NCBI GenBank assembly: GCA_027923505.1
Contig: BROI01000009.1
Span: 558,001-622,000 of the forward strand
Origin: Mayamaea pseudoterrestris
Lineage: Eukaryota
DNA: 64,000 nucleotides
Reading direction: 5' to 3'
Below the pieces are notes generated by a model that worked only from the letters and a program-made list of their open reading frames with translations, did not search any database and was not told where the DNA came from. This document shows, one piece after another, positions 33,691 through 46,530 of this stretch (the stretch's first letter is position 1; every line of letters starts with the position of its first letter). The position numbers and the translations under genes are program-made.

Positions 33691-34989
33691 ATGTCGTTAC
33701 TTTCCCGAAGCCTTGTTCGTTGCGTCGTGCAACGCAGCAGCAGCAGCAGCAATACTACCTCTGCTTCCACGACCCTTGGACGACTATCTGCACTCCGCCG
33801 CAACTACACGACGCACAATCACTTGCCGGAGGAACATCGCATGGTTTACGAAATGTGTCGCAACTTTGCCGACCAAGAGTTGGCTCCCAATGCTGGCAAG
33901 TGGGACCACGACCATTCCTTCCCGACGGACGCAGTCACAAAGCTTGCCGAGCTTGGTCTCATGGGAATTAACACGCCATCTCAGTACAATGGAAGTGAAC
34001 TAGACGCCATGAGTTACGCCATTGCCATGGAGGAAATATCGCGTGGATGTGCAAGCGTTGGCGTCATCATGAGCGCGCACAATTCATTATACTTGTGGCC
34101 GATTCAAACGTTTGGATCCGATCGCTTGAAGGAGGAGTTTGTCGCTCCATACGCGCAGTGCGTCGACGACAGTAGCAGCAGCAACAAACTAAAGATTGGC
34201 TGCTTTGGCTTGAGTGAACCAGGCAATGGATCGGATGCCGGCGCAGCTTCCACGACGGCTACTTTGGATGGAGACGAATGGATCATTAACGGCACCAAGG
34301 CATGGATCACCAACGCGCACGAGGCGGGGGCGGCCGTCGTCTTTGCAACCACCGACAAGTCGCAGAAGCACAAGGGCATTAGTGCCTTTGTCGTTCCCAT
34401 GGATGCGCCAGGCTTTTCGCTGGGGGCAAAGGAGGACAAGTTGGGCATTCGAGCGTCGTCCACGTCCAATCTCATCATGGACAATGTTCGCATTCCAAAG
34501 CACTACTTGATTGGTGAACCAGGTGAAGGTTTCAAGATTGCCATGAAGACGCTGGATGGTGGACGCATTGGTGTGGCTGGACAGGCGCTCGGCATTGCGT
34601 CGGCCTCGATTGACTGCGCCGTCAAGTATGCGCTGGAGCGCCACGCCTTTGGCAAGCCCATTGCTAGTTTGCAGTCGATTCAAAACAAGATTTCTGCCAT
34701 GGTGGTTGCGAGAGACTCTGCTCGCTTGCTGACTTGGAGAGCTGCTCAAATGAAGGACAAGAATGAGCGATACACTCGCGAGGCTGCCATGGCCAAGCTT
34801 GCTGCTAGTGAAGCCTCCACCATGTGCGCGCACCAGGCAATTCAGATTCTGGGAGGAATGGGTTACGTCAGCGACATGCCGGCGGAGCGCCACTATCGGG
34901 ACGCTCGCATCACTGAAATCTACGAGGGTACCAGTGAGGTGCAGCATTTGGTGATTGCCAACGACGTGATCAAGGAGTACAAGGGATAG
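33691..34989 (+). CDS. ACADS: Short-chain specific acyl-CoA dehydrogenase, mitochondrial
   Basis: [74 protein letters not shown]. Confidence 0.92.
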   Translation: MSLLSRSLVRCVVQRSSSSSNTTSASTTLGRLSALRRNYTTHNHLPEEHRMVYEMCRNFADQELAPNAGKWDHDHSFPTDAVTKLAELGLMGINTPSQYNGSELDAMSYAIAMEEISRGCASVGVIMSAHNSLYLWPIQTFGSDRLKEEFVAPYAQCVDDSSSSNKLKIGCFGLSEPGNGSDAGAASTTATLDGDEWIINGTKAWITNAHEAGAAVVFATTDKSQKHKGISAFVVPMDAPGFSLGAKEDKLGIRASSTSNLIMDNVRIPKHYLIGEPGEGFKIAMKTLDGGRIGVAGQALGIASASIDCAVKYALERHAFGKPIASLQSIQNKISAMVVARDSARLLTWRAAQMKDKNERYTREAAMAKLAASEASTMCAHQAIQILGGMGYVSDMPAERHYRDARITEIYEGTSEVQHLVIANDVIKEYKG

Positions 34990-35076
34990 ACGAGTGTGTC
35001 ATTTTGACGGTCGTTAGAATTATCATTACTATAGCAAATGCAAGTTTGTCAACTCATCATACTCTACTACTTTCTG

Positions 35077-35811
35077 TTAGGACACTACAGCGTGACAGTT
35101 CCAGTAGTCGACAGCTTGCATGTATTGCGCTCGGTCAATGGGAATGCCACTACCACCTTCCTCCTTGCCGAGAGCGTTGCGCATGGCCGTGATGGGATTC
35201 ATTGGCAGCTCCTTGTCAATGTCTTGCGCTTTGACGCTGACAATGCCCCACTCAGCCGTCTCCAGATTGGCGGGTCGACCTTGAGCAATATTTTCCTTAT
35301 TGATTTGCTCGCGCGAATACATTATGAGATCCAAATACTTTGCGACTGGCAGATCGTCATCATTCTTCGCGACAAGGTCTTTGGGAAAGAATCTGGTCAA
35401 GACTGGTAGTTCCTTGTCGTTCCGCGCCTCGTATTTGGTCCGAAGCAACGGTTCGTTGGAAGGCGTAATGGGCAAAACGTTGACGCAAGCATTCGTGAAA
35501 TCGTTCTCGATGAACAAATGCTTGCAGAATGGCGCATACCCATCGCGTAACATAGTTTCGTTGTATCTGCTATTGACGATATCTTCAAACGTCGCAATCG
35601 ATGTCGAAAATACGGTGCCTCCATAGGCTTTCGACGCTTCCGTCTCGGCAAACTGCCGAAAACAAAAGGGGTCGACCACCAAATGTTTATGTTGAGAGGT
35701 TGATGCCGAGGTCATTCTTACAGCAGTAGTGGAGATACACCGACGAGAAATAATTGCAACGTTTCTGGAAGAGCGGCTCAAGGCGAACAAGAGCAGCAGC
35801 GTCGTCGTCAT
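35077..35811 (-). CDS. DUF3228 family protein
   Basis: DGYAPFCKHLF, YEAR..KELPVL, YLDLIMYSREQI and ELPMNPITAMRNALGKEEGGSG motifs. Confidence 0.8.
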   Translation of the reverse strand: MTTTLLLLFALSRSSRNVAIISRRCISTTAVRMTSASTSQHKHLVVDPFCFRQFAETEASKAYGGTVFSTSIATFEDIVNSRYNETMLRDGYAPFCKHLFIENDFTNACVNVLPITPSNEPLLRTKYEARNDKELPVLTRFFPKDLVAKNDDDLPVAKYLDLIMYSREQINKENIAQGRPANLETAEWGIVSVKAQDIDKELPMNPITAMRNALGKEEGGSGIPIDRAQYMQAVDYWNCHAVVS

Positions 35812-36169
35812 GGTGACGACCGATGGATGAATGTGGCGCGCGGCGGATGGCTCGGAAGTGTCGCTCTGGTTACCATTTTTTGTCGCTACGGTACTCTCGT
35901 CGGGCTCGGCCGGCGTCGTTCTCGCTGCCGTAGCCGATCACCATGAAGAGTTGAGGCACGAAAATGTTATTGCTGTTCCATGCCCTTGCAAATGCCAAAT
36001 TGTTCATGCGATAGCATTATAAACTAAACCACCAAGAGCTAACAGATTAGAGTCGGTGATTGGCAAGTCGATCACTCCATCGAGACTTCTTGGACACTCC
36101 ACGTTAGTCTCAACTGCATCTAGTCGACTGGTTTCTCGTTTCGCTGCGCTGACAATCCACAATCATCGC

Positions 36170-39100
36170 ATGGCTTCGTTACCTTTCAAAAGGCGCAGTC
36201 CAAAGCGTCAACACTTCACAACTATCAAGAACAACATACTGACAAAAAGGAAGAAGAATGAGCTTATCGCTGGTGATAATGACGGAGTGGCAGATGCCTT
36301 TGGCGATGCGTTGCAAGTATCGCTAAACTCGTCGTCGGCATTTTCCTACAAGGCAAGCAACAATGAGATGCATGCAAAATTGAAAGAAGACGGATGGACG
36401 ACGCCACTGTTCACCGTCAGGAATTTGCGAAGGTTGCTAAAATGGCTCATATTTCAGTCGTTGCCATTGTCAAAGCAGCAACAACGTTCCTCAGTTGAAC
36501 GTCGAGGCACAGTCGAGCAAACGTCGCCGCATCAACAGCAACACTATCGTCAACTTTGGAACGTAGTGAAATTCTTTGGACTCCTCTTGCTACTACTAAT
36601 GAGTCTTGCAGCCGCGACGAGTGCATGGCTAACGGTGCAAGTCACATGGACCGTCTACCTTGCAGCGTCTCTAACCATTCGACTTTTATTGGACACCCGG
36701 ACTGAACCGTTGGCTAGCGCTCAGAGATTCGCGACCACCTTTATGTCAGTCCTAGACTTGTATCTGTTTCAAGCACATCGCTACGTTGGACGCGATTTAC
36801 AGATCGAGTCGTTAGCAGCACCGACGAATATATCGTCGCCGGCAAGATTTTCCAAAGCCACGCTGCTTCATAGAAACGCTATTGCCTTTTGCCTTGACAT
36901 GATGACGCAGCAGCAAACAGATGCGCGACGTAAGTTTGAAAGGAATAGCAAAGCAGCAACAGGCAAGTCTTCATGCTTTGGAAGCAGTCAATCCACGTTG
37001 CAGAATCACGTGGCGAAGATTGAAACAAGCTGCACGCCACCGCGAGCCCTTTCGCTGGGGACGATTGACCCACCATCTGCTGACGAAGATGGAGGTTACT
37101 ATGGACTTGCCATGGTGCCATCTATGACAACATTGATAGCAACGCCGGTGCAATCGCCCACACATTCGCGCCAAGGCTCGGGCGAACTTGGAGCTGACAT
37201 GCCATGGCTAGACGTTGGCGCCAAAATTGGATTGCGACTATTGAACTCGGCGCATGTTCAACGGGTCATGTCGGCCACTACTCCTGATCTGACCAGACGG
37301 CAATTGCGAACGCCAGCTGATACCGATGACGACGATCAAGACTATGAAAAAGATGGCAAAGACACTGGTGGGAGCATTTTAGCTGGTGCGCGAGATCAAA
37401 GAATCCACGACGCGAAAAGAAGACCAGTATCAGAGCCCCGCGTAACAAGAGGGGATCGGGTTGAGCTGCACAAGCCAATTCATACATTGTGGACGTCTCC
37501 GTCGGCTGCCATGAGTCCTGTCATGTCCAACAGATCAGAGGATGAGAAAGCATTTTTCCCCGACAGTGCGCAAATTACAACGACACTAAACTCTGGTTAT
37601 TGTTTGAAAACGACGACGATGCAGCATGCGACCGGCCATGAAGATGATCGTTTATCAAGCGGTCGCCCGCCATTGTCGCCAAGATCGATTGACAAGGAGC
37701 CTGATTTGCAAGAACGAGATCCGTCCGTCACGATGCAGCTCGAGTCGAACTCGACTGTCGGCGGCGAGGATGATATCCATCGTGAGATGGATGAACGAAT
37801 CGATTTGTCGCCGCCACAGATAAACCGATTCGTATCGCTCGACGATGAGAAAAGGCCGATTCGTTTTCAAAGCTTGACAAATCCATCTCCCGACTTTACA
37901 CTACCAACTCAAAAGCCTACTCAGCAAACGTCATGTCGACGAGAACCGTTACAGGCCGGAGTCAAAGTGGCTGTTCCTATATTCCCATTGCAGCCGCGAC
38001 AACATGGTGTTGTTAGACGCTACACCTTTTCTCAATACCAGATGGGAACGGTCGTCAGAAGCAAGAGAATTTATGTCGCGTCGGCTGATATTGATACAAG
38101 TCGATATTATCGGCACAATCGCGAAACAAACTGTCTCTCTGTCACGGTGAAACTTGACAAGTCTTTCCTTCGAAACGCCGAGTTTGCAGAGTTGTCGTTT
38201 CGCGTCCTGGATTCATGGAGTACCCGATACATGCCCAAGTGTTCCAAAGTGCCAATTGGTGCCTGCGTTGCTACGAAATATGGAATCGGTGTGTTGGTCG
38301 GCTGGCGAGTTGAAGGAGATTGTCACGTGATCCGCTCACTTTGGAATCGCAGAGGCGCTGGCTCGGCTCATGCGTATCTTGGTCGAGACGCAATCTACTC
38401 TACGATCGAGGCAGCAATCGGCTTTGATGTCAAGACGCGGTTCGGTGGGGGTGTAGTCGTAGCATATGTCGATGGAGGGAAGACATTCGACATGGGAAGA
38501 TATCTAGTCGCAATTTACGAAGATGGCCGCCATTGCGGACATGTGCTGGATGTTCATCGCAACGACATTTACGCATGCTATGGTTCTCAATTCATACCAA
38601 TTATTGAACATGTGCGAGAAGCGGCCTTGTACCAGATACAGGTGGACAACTACAATGCAGCACTTCGCGAGCAACTGTATTCGAATGCTGCTGAGACGAG
38701 CGATCCGCGATTTTGGAATGCTATACGTGAATGTGGTGACATTCTATGGGACAGCTTTTTGCGTGCGGTCGAAGAAGACAAAGACTTTGATGCTGGCGTA
38801 AATGAGTTTATGGCTAAAATTATTGAGTTTCTCGAGCGTTTAGACTCCAGTCCAGCGGACTGCGACGTGACGACGAAGGATGAATTTGTTATGACAGACT
38901 TTGAAATCGAATGCATCACCCAATTTTCGTCCACATCGGAGGATGACATAGACAGCGATGGTTGCGTTCGAAATGAGCCTGGCATGTGGCTGGTAAATGA
39001 CATCTTCGGGGGATTCTTCAAGCAAGGAGAGCAATCGCTCGATGAAACGTCGGCTAATGCGCCCAAGGATTCTGCCGTTCCACAGCAATCCCACGTCTAT

Positions 39101-41573
39101 ACGACTGCAGACACAACTAATTTCGACAGAGCTTTTGCTGTGATTCGGACTCTCATGCACACTGTTACTTTCGCTAAGGCAGCTAGCGTGGACCACCCTC
39201 ACTTTCGACTTGCAATGACCGTTGTGCACGAAGGCAAGTATTGTTATCGGATGCTTGACAGGCCTTCACCATTCCTTTGCTTATACGCCATACCTTTTTT
39301 CACCAGTGCTGCTTTTCGTCAGAAATTGTCTCAAGGTAATTTACAAGAATCGCTCAAGTCGCTCCACGGAGATTTGGAAGGAGGCGCTGCAGGATCTGGC
39401 TGCGACATTCGGACCATTAAAGGCACGGTTGCATAGAATAGGTCTAGGGATTGCGCAACGAATGGAGAAGCAAGGCCGTAAAGCGAAGGCTCGTGCTCTC
39501 CAACTGGTGGATACGATCATCAGCGACGAAAAATTGCTGTTTGGGATGGAGCAAGGCGACTGGGCGATGTGTGTGAATCGACTGGAAATCGCTTTCGTTC
39601 AGTCGAATGTGGTAGAGAAGGAAAGCATGTTCTACTACCGCAAGGCTGCGCAATATATTTGCAAACATATTCAATCGACTTTCACAGCAAATGAAGGAGC
39701 TGCTACGCGAAATAACGAAAAAATGGCTCTTTTAGGGCATATTGTAAGATCCTTAGCTGCCCCAAGGCGTACCATACTCAAGACGCTGCTCGATAACGAC
39801 ATCCTTGAAGTATTGGAACGAATTTTGGTCCGCGTGTACTGTCGTGAGGAGTTGTCTTCGCGGATGCTTACCATTCATGCCTCAAACTTTCACTCGCTGC
39901 GGCATCTGCGGATATTTAAAGACATCTCCGTCGCCGGGCGCATGTGGCGCCCCTTGTTGGACGCTGCCGACGAAGAATTCTCCTGGGTCGTCTCGAACAT
40001 GCCAGAAAACTCCCAAGACTTCATGTGCCCATTGTCGAGTCTCTTTTCTCTGTGCGTGGCTCGGTTTCATAAAATGTCTGACGGAGACTTGTCAAAAGAT
40101 TGGCTCGATTTTCTCTTGGAACCCGACGCTGTCAGAATTATTCAGGACATCGACATGAAGTTGCTTCTTGCGCTTAGGGCCTTTTCTGAGGATATTAAGG
40201 AAATGATGGTCATTTTGCCGTACTACTCTAACATCGATGATGACATACTGAAGCTGATGGATGAAGTCAATGTAGATGAGTTTGTAAAGGGTGCATCAAA
40301 AGCACTGGATGATCCCGATGCCCTGGCAGGTTTTTTAAAGCAAAAAACGTCGATAGCAGTTGAACGTTTTTTGAATTATCTGCCAAGGCTCTCGATTCCG
40401 GTTGAGAAGCGGGAGTTGGGGGAAGGGTTTGTGCTCACCTGTCGAGGTCACGATGGCAGTGACCTCACTCTCTCGGACGTTGTGATACGACGAGAGAATC
40501 TTGTCTGTCGGATACTTGGTGGTGACTCTCTTTTCTTTCCAATGATCGGCGATGAATCAAGCGCTACTTGTTCTTCAAATCCGTCGCAGGTAAATCAAGG
40601 CGTTGGCTTGGACGAGGAGGATGTCTTGGCTCACATTCGCAAGCTCCTTGCGCAAGCGCAAAGCTATGGCTGCTGGACATCTGGCGTTAATGGCATTGGT
40701 GAGGCGCCATCAGACCCCTATGTTGCGTCAGCACTGCATGGGCTCCCCGTGTCAAATGTATTAAACTGCGCGTTTGAGCTTTGGAGAAATCTGGAAATTG
40801 ACGACGATGAACTTCTTGAAGTGGCTATTAAGGATGTGTCTCTACAAATTCAGCTACAGAAGAAGCGAGAAGAGAATATGCTAGATTCGGCCGAAGAAGC
40901 GGTGATTGATGAACCTACCTCGCATCCCGAATCAATTGCCAATAACTTAAAGGTTCCGTGTTCTGTTAATGGATCTAGTCGGCGATTCAATCCTCGCGCC
41001 GATCCAACGATTTTCTTTCTCGAGATGAGCAAATTGACATTGAACCTCGACAATTTCTTGTTTCGTATCGAAAAAGGCCAGCCGCAAAGCGTATTCGATC
41101 CTGTACTTGAAGGCCGTGCAATGATTTCATTACAGAATATATCTATGCGGCTTCGCGTTGACTGTGCGAAACAGCGTCTCCAGAAACCTGGGCAAGGATT
41201 CGCTGTCGCCATACCCATTCTGCAAATCACAGAGCTCGATGTCCAGCTTGAAGATATGAAAATGCGAGTAAAAGACACTGGGTTTGGGTCCGATTGGTTA
41301 CTGAACCGCGCCGTCAAGACATTTGCCGGCAACATTACAAATATTGTTAAAGAGAATCTTCGCGCACAGATTCGGGAGCAATGCCAGAGTGTGGTCGACA
41401 GTTTGAACGCTTATTTTGCGGGTGAGTTGTAGTGCCTATCTGCGTTGTTCTCTTTCACGTTTTCGCTTGCGCTAATATCGTCCCTCGTTCCATTGCCAGT
41501 TAATCCAAACATGCTGTTGAGCATTTTGGGGATCAGTATTGACGATTTGGACGATACCGTCGTCTGGGTATAA
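36170..41573 (+). CDS. Large hypothetical membrane protein; GC-AG intron 39234..39306 and GT-AG intron 41422..41499
   Basis: The introns restore frame between ORFs 36056 and 39222 and a terminal exon ending TAA at 41573. N-terminal TM segment, VxTxYGxG repeats and a possible BPI/TULIP-like C-terminus. Confidence 0.75.
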
Positions 41574-41722
41574 TGCGGTATGTACATCTGCGCGTTACCA
41601 AGCATATGGTTTACATTCTGACGCTGGCGACGAATGCAAATAAATGCAATATTTCTATGACCTGTTACTTAAAACTGTAAAATCTAAACGAGGATAAATT
41701 GTTTATTTCCAAGCAGACATCG

Positions 41723-44700
41723 TTACATCGTAGAAGGTCTTTCGATGACGAAGGTGCGTTGCTGCTGGTGCTTGACTTTCATGAGAGCTGAAATTGCAGC
41801 CGTCGACATGTTTTTGACAAGTACGCCATCGATTTCAACTAAATAATCACCTGGAACAATATATTTAGAAATTGGTGACTGCGCTTCGACACCAAAAACT
41901 ACTGCACAACCGTTGCTGGTGTCGAGAGTGATTCCGAGCGTACCAGGCGGAGCTGTGAATGTTATCGGTTGAACGATGTTGAAGGCCGCCTTTGTCTCAT
42001 TAGGGATGTCATCTTTGATTTTAACAATGGTTTCGGCATCGGCCCCCTTTCCTTTATTAGATAAGCTTACGCATCCCGTACTCTCTGGGCCAAGCAGTCC
42101 TTTGCGTCGCGCCTCCCGTTCGCACTTTGCCTTGAAATCTTCCACGCACTGCTTGCCCTTTATCGCCCATTCTCGACGGTTTTGCATCGCGTAATTCAGA
42201 TATTCATCACTTGATACACCAAATACACCACACTCTTTCAGCCTACCAGCCAAGGGGATGATATAATTGTCGTAAAACCAAAGCTCGCCACTATACCAAC
42301 CGATACTGGGATCCTGTTGCGCCATTTCAGGGGGAAACGTTGTGAGCGACGCAACCGGTTACATATGAAAGTTTAACAACATGAAGCGACTCACTTTATC
42401 CGAACGATGCTTCAAGAAAGCAAAATACATCTCGCAAAAAAGTCTTTCATTCCATTTCTGTAAGTAAAGGCGAATCATGAATGTGAGCAAAATTGTATTG
42501 TGCGAATATCGTCATGCTTCGAGCTAAGGCAGCGGGTACTGGTCGCTCACCAAATAAATGTGCCAGTGTTGCATGGTATGAGAAACGTCTGACGCCTGAA
42601 TAATGTGCTCGAGAACAATAATGGCTCTGCGGTCCATGTGTTCCTTCGCATCCGCAAGCGACACTCTTGGAGAGAATGCAGCCGACCAGCGTTCATTCTG
42701 CAGAGCTTTAAGAGTGGGACAAAATATGTCCGTGGCTAGAATAGAATGTACAAGAAGTGAGCGGAAACGTTGCTTGTCTTCATCGTTTTGATAAATGCAT
42801 CGGCGCAAGTTTGTGAAGTGAGGCAACATGAGTAGCTGCCAGGCCGTATCGATTGAGCGCTGCTCCGCAAGGCTCTTGTCACGGTATAACGCCGCCATCT
42901 CTGGCTCTTCAACCGCGAGTCTTCCATTAGGAACGCCTTTGTGGCCCACATCGTGAATGAGGGCGCTAAAAACGACCGCAAATTGGCACATTGGTTCTGT
43001 TGCGATGCCGTGCGAATATTCGTGGAGATCCTTAACCAAAAATGAAGTGTTCTGATCGACCTGGTCGGGATTGACGATTCTCTTCATGAGCTTGGTGGCA
43101 GATAATATGACATGAGATGCATGTTCGAAGTTATGAAAAGGATTTTTTCGGTAACCTGTAGCAATGGCCATCACGTACTCGCGGGCTTCGCGGCGGACTT
43201 CGCTGCTGAAATCGACATTTGACGGATCCATCCGGTCAAAGGCACCCTTGTCAAAATCGGACATGGGAACAATCATGGTCAATTCGTCCAGACAGCTACC
43301 GACTACCAACTGATTCGTGTCGACATTGTCTTGCATGGGCGATGATTCCTGCTCCCGAGCTTCGTGCATCGCTACAACACTCTTAAGCGAGCTCAGCATG
43401 ACTTCGGTAATCCAATCAATCAACCGCTCCGATTTTGTATCAATATCTGCTCGGCCAAGCACCGCGCTAAGACCTGTGTTGGCCCAAATATCTTTCAAAG
43501 TGTGTGGCTCGTCCAATCTATCAAGCTCGGGATTGACATCGATGGGCGTCTCATTCGACGTGGCCGACTGAATGGACGACGCATACGAGGAGGCATGAGA
43601 ATCGGACGAACTTCCCAAGTCTAACCAGTAGGTTTGAACCAAACCTTTTCCTTTGCAGTCAACGAGATCGGCGCGTTCCGTGACTCGGTGGCCCTGGCCG
43701 GCATCGATGAGCAGCTTGGCCGTTTCGGCTGACAAATGCACTTTGTTCTTCAAACCATTACTCTCCATGCGAGCTGCCATATTGATAGTGTCACCAAAGA
43801 GCTGCGCATGACGAAGCAAGTAAGCATTCCAAATTTGTTGCCGATGCTAAGTAAATACAGTTTTATTGATTCTTACCTGGAAGCGACTCTTCTGCCCTCG
43901 GAGAACCCCAGCCGTCACCGGGCCCGAGTGGATACCCACTCGCATTGACAAATCGCCCGTCCCAGGTCCCAATGATATTTCAAGATTCTTCGTCAAGTGA
44001 TTCACTTTAATGAGACTGATTCGGGCGAAACGACACATGATTTCAGCGTGATCCTTTTGAGCTTCGGGAACGCCGGTGGCAGCAACTGCGCGATTATTAA
44101 GCGTCAGTGCTGTGATCAAAGTGGAAAGTAGCACGACACATACGATAGCACATATAAGACGTACCGTAGCAGTCACCAATCGTTTCAACCTTGAACACAC
44201 CAAGCTTCTTGGCGATACGATCCATGGCGCGATAAATTGTCTCCAGCAAAATAAACACTTGCGAAGGTTCTCGTTCGCTGCTCCATGCTGTGAAACCAGC
44301 AATGTCAGCAAACAAGACAGACTACAGTTGCAACGCAATGTGGGTGAGTGTTCAACGTGACAAGACGACAATATAAGATAGACAAAACTTTTCCTTACCG
44401 TATTCGGAAACAAGTCGGCAATGGGCTCCGAGCTGATTCCTTGCCCATTGGCGCGATCTTCTGCATCTTCAGCCAGCATCTTCTTCAACTTGTGCTTGGG
44501 CGCTTCCGTCAAACCATTTTTATGCAAAAGCTTTTGCTCTTCTTCTTTTCTGATGGCATTTTGATATAGCTTGTCGCGGACAGCGTCTGGAAAGAGAGAT
44601 CGTACAATTGCATCGGACCGCTGTGCCTGATTTACCACCTTGGCTTGCCGATCCTCGACGACGCAGTCGTATATGATAAATATGAGTATGACGCCAAAGA

Positions 44701-45994
44701 AAACTGACAAAACTATGCCACGGAACATATTTGGATAGAAATTGTGGTATGTCGCTTGAAACTCGGGCGAAGGAAAGACCATGAGCTTGTAACTACATGC
44801 CGTTGCTGGGTCGACATTTATGTCGCCATGCTGGTCAAAGAGCGATGCGAAACCAGTGTACGTGGACTCGACGAGAGTATAAGTAAGATCTGTCAATGCG
44901 GCGAGATCTCCTTCTCCGACAAATACAGCTTCGACGCCTTGCACCATGTAGGTGAAGTTGCCACCGCACAAATTTTCAATGACTGCATAGAGTGGCTGCG
45001 AGTCTTCCTTGACGACATTCGCCAGCACTTGCTCCCATTGAAACTGAAGGTTGAGCGCCCCTACCACCAAACTATCTTGCGAAAGTCCGAGGCGAAGCGG
45101 ATAGCTAAGGACCGTCTCTGGGACCTTGTAGAAGCAGAAGTCGGAATGATTTGTCTGATTGTACAGCCACGTCGACGCAACGCTACCTCCTCGCAAAACC
45201 ATGGCTCGGAGGGCTTGAGAACGGGCTGGAGTGGTTTGACCATACAAGACTGCATTAAGCCCAGTGGAGGAGTTACTTATGGACGGACGCGGCGCAGTTT
45301 GCCATACTGGAAAGACGTGATCGTTCGAGACGCCAAGCGTAAAGGCTGTCTCGTCCTTAAAGAAATAAATGCCTTCATGAATATTTCGATTGGTCGCTAT
45401 ATAGTTGAAATGCGTTGAAGCGTTGCTGCCAACTATGTCTGGATCTTCCTTGATGACTTGCTCGTACGTATCAGAAGCGTATGTTTCCCAAGTAGTTCGA
45501 GTCGGCGCATCTACGAAAGGTGAGAAATGGATGCTAGAAGCTCGAGCAAGGTGCATGGGAGCTTGGCAGCGGGCTTGATAATTTGGGATTGATACAAATG
45601 GCCAAGTCTGCCCGGTTGCGGCACTCGAAATCTCCGTCGAAAGTGCTTGAGTTGCATACAGCTTGACGCTGATGTCGGCGTAAAAAGCATCAACGAGCTC
45701 ACTCGCCGCAGATGTATATCCACTGCGAAAGTTGCTTTCATTCTGTAGCGTTGAAACAACAAAAGCGACTTCAGACAAAATAAAGGCTAGGGTCAAAAGG
45801 ACAAGTATGATGATGGCTCGAACAACATTCATGAGCCGAATGTCCTCACGCGCGACGTTGACGCTCCCAGTCAGGCTTTCGGTATCCGTCGAGTCGTCAT
45901 CGAGGAAACTGTCGTCGTCGCCGTCTTCCTCTTTGATAGACACATCGTCCGTGGACATGAAGTTCATGATGGTGGTCCGCTCTGGTACAAGCAT
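41723..45994 (-). CDS. Membrane guanylate/adenylate cyclase-phosphodiesterase fusion with C-terminal PDZ-like domain; introns 44322..44398, 44086..44164, 43802..43876, 42458..42550, 42314..42394
   Basis: TM, extracellular sensor, TM; FADIAGFTAWSS, KVETIGDCY, RVGIHSGPV, LFGDTINMAARMES; PDE motifs NPFHNFEHASHV, IHDVGH, QASDVSH; APPGTLGITL..GDYLVEIDG. Confidence 0.9.
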
Positions 45995-46530
45995 AAACGG
46001 ATGTTGTGAGGCGACCGGAACGAGGAGCGGTCATGATGTTCCGTCGAGCTTCTCAAACTTGGGACGGCATTTTGGAAATAGCCCTGAGATTGATACCTTT
46101 ATAAATCAAGAGGCAATTCAATAAAGGGTCATTGAGTCATTCGCTCGTTTGAGATCGTCAAAACTTCTTGGGCGTCCAATCGTGGCTATCGGTAGATTTA
46201 AGCCTCCAATGATGGTCATCTTTTTGCTAACCTGCGACACGACCGAATGGCGGCATCTTCCGCCATGACTCGAGTTGCTGCCAGAAGACAATTTGGATCG
46301 GCGATACAGCAACGTGTTGTGCTCGAGAAGGGGACGCTATACGAACTACAAGTAGAGTATTGTTTAAGCATTGGAATGAACAAGACGAGAGCATAGAGCA
46401 GCACGTTTTGATAGCATTCGAAGTAAGATTGTTTATTATCTACGGATTGAGGAAGTCGGTCGACACAAGAAGAAGTAGGCTATCCTGAAATATGAGCAAT
46501 TTCACCGGCTACTCAAACGCAAGGATCAAG

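Noticed and set aside
34189..34947. 252-aa antisense ORF
   Set aside because: Lies wholly opposite the conserved acyl-CoA dehydrogenase; codon-bias shadow.
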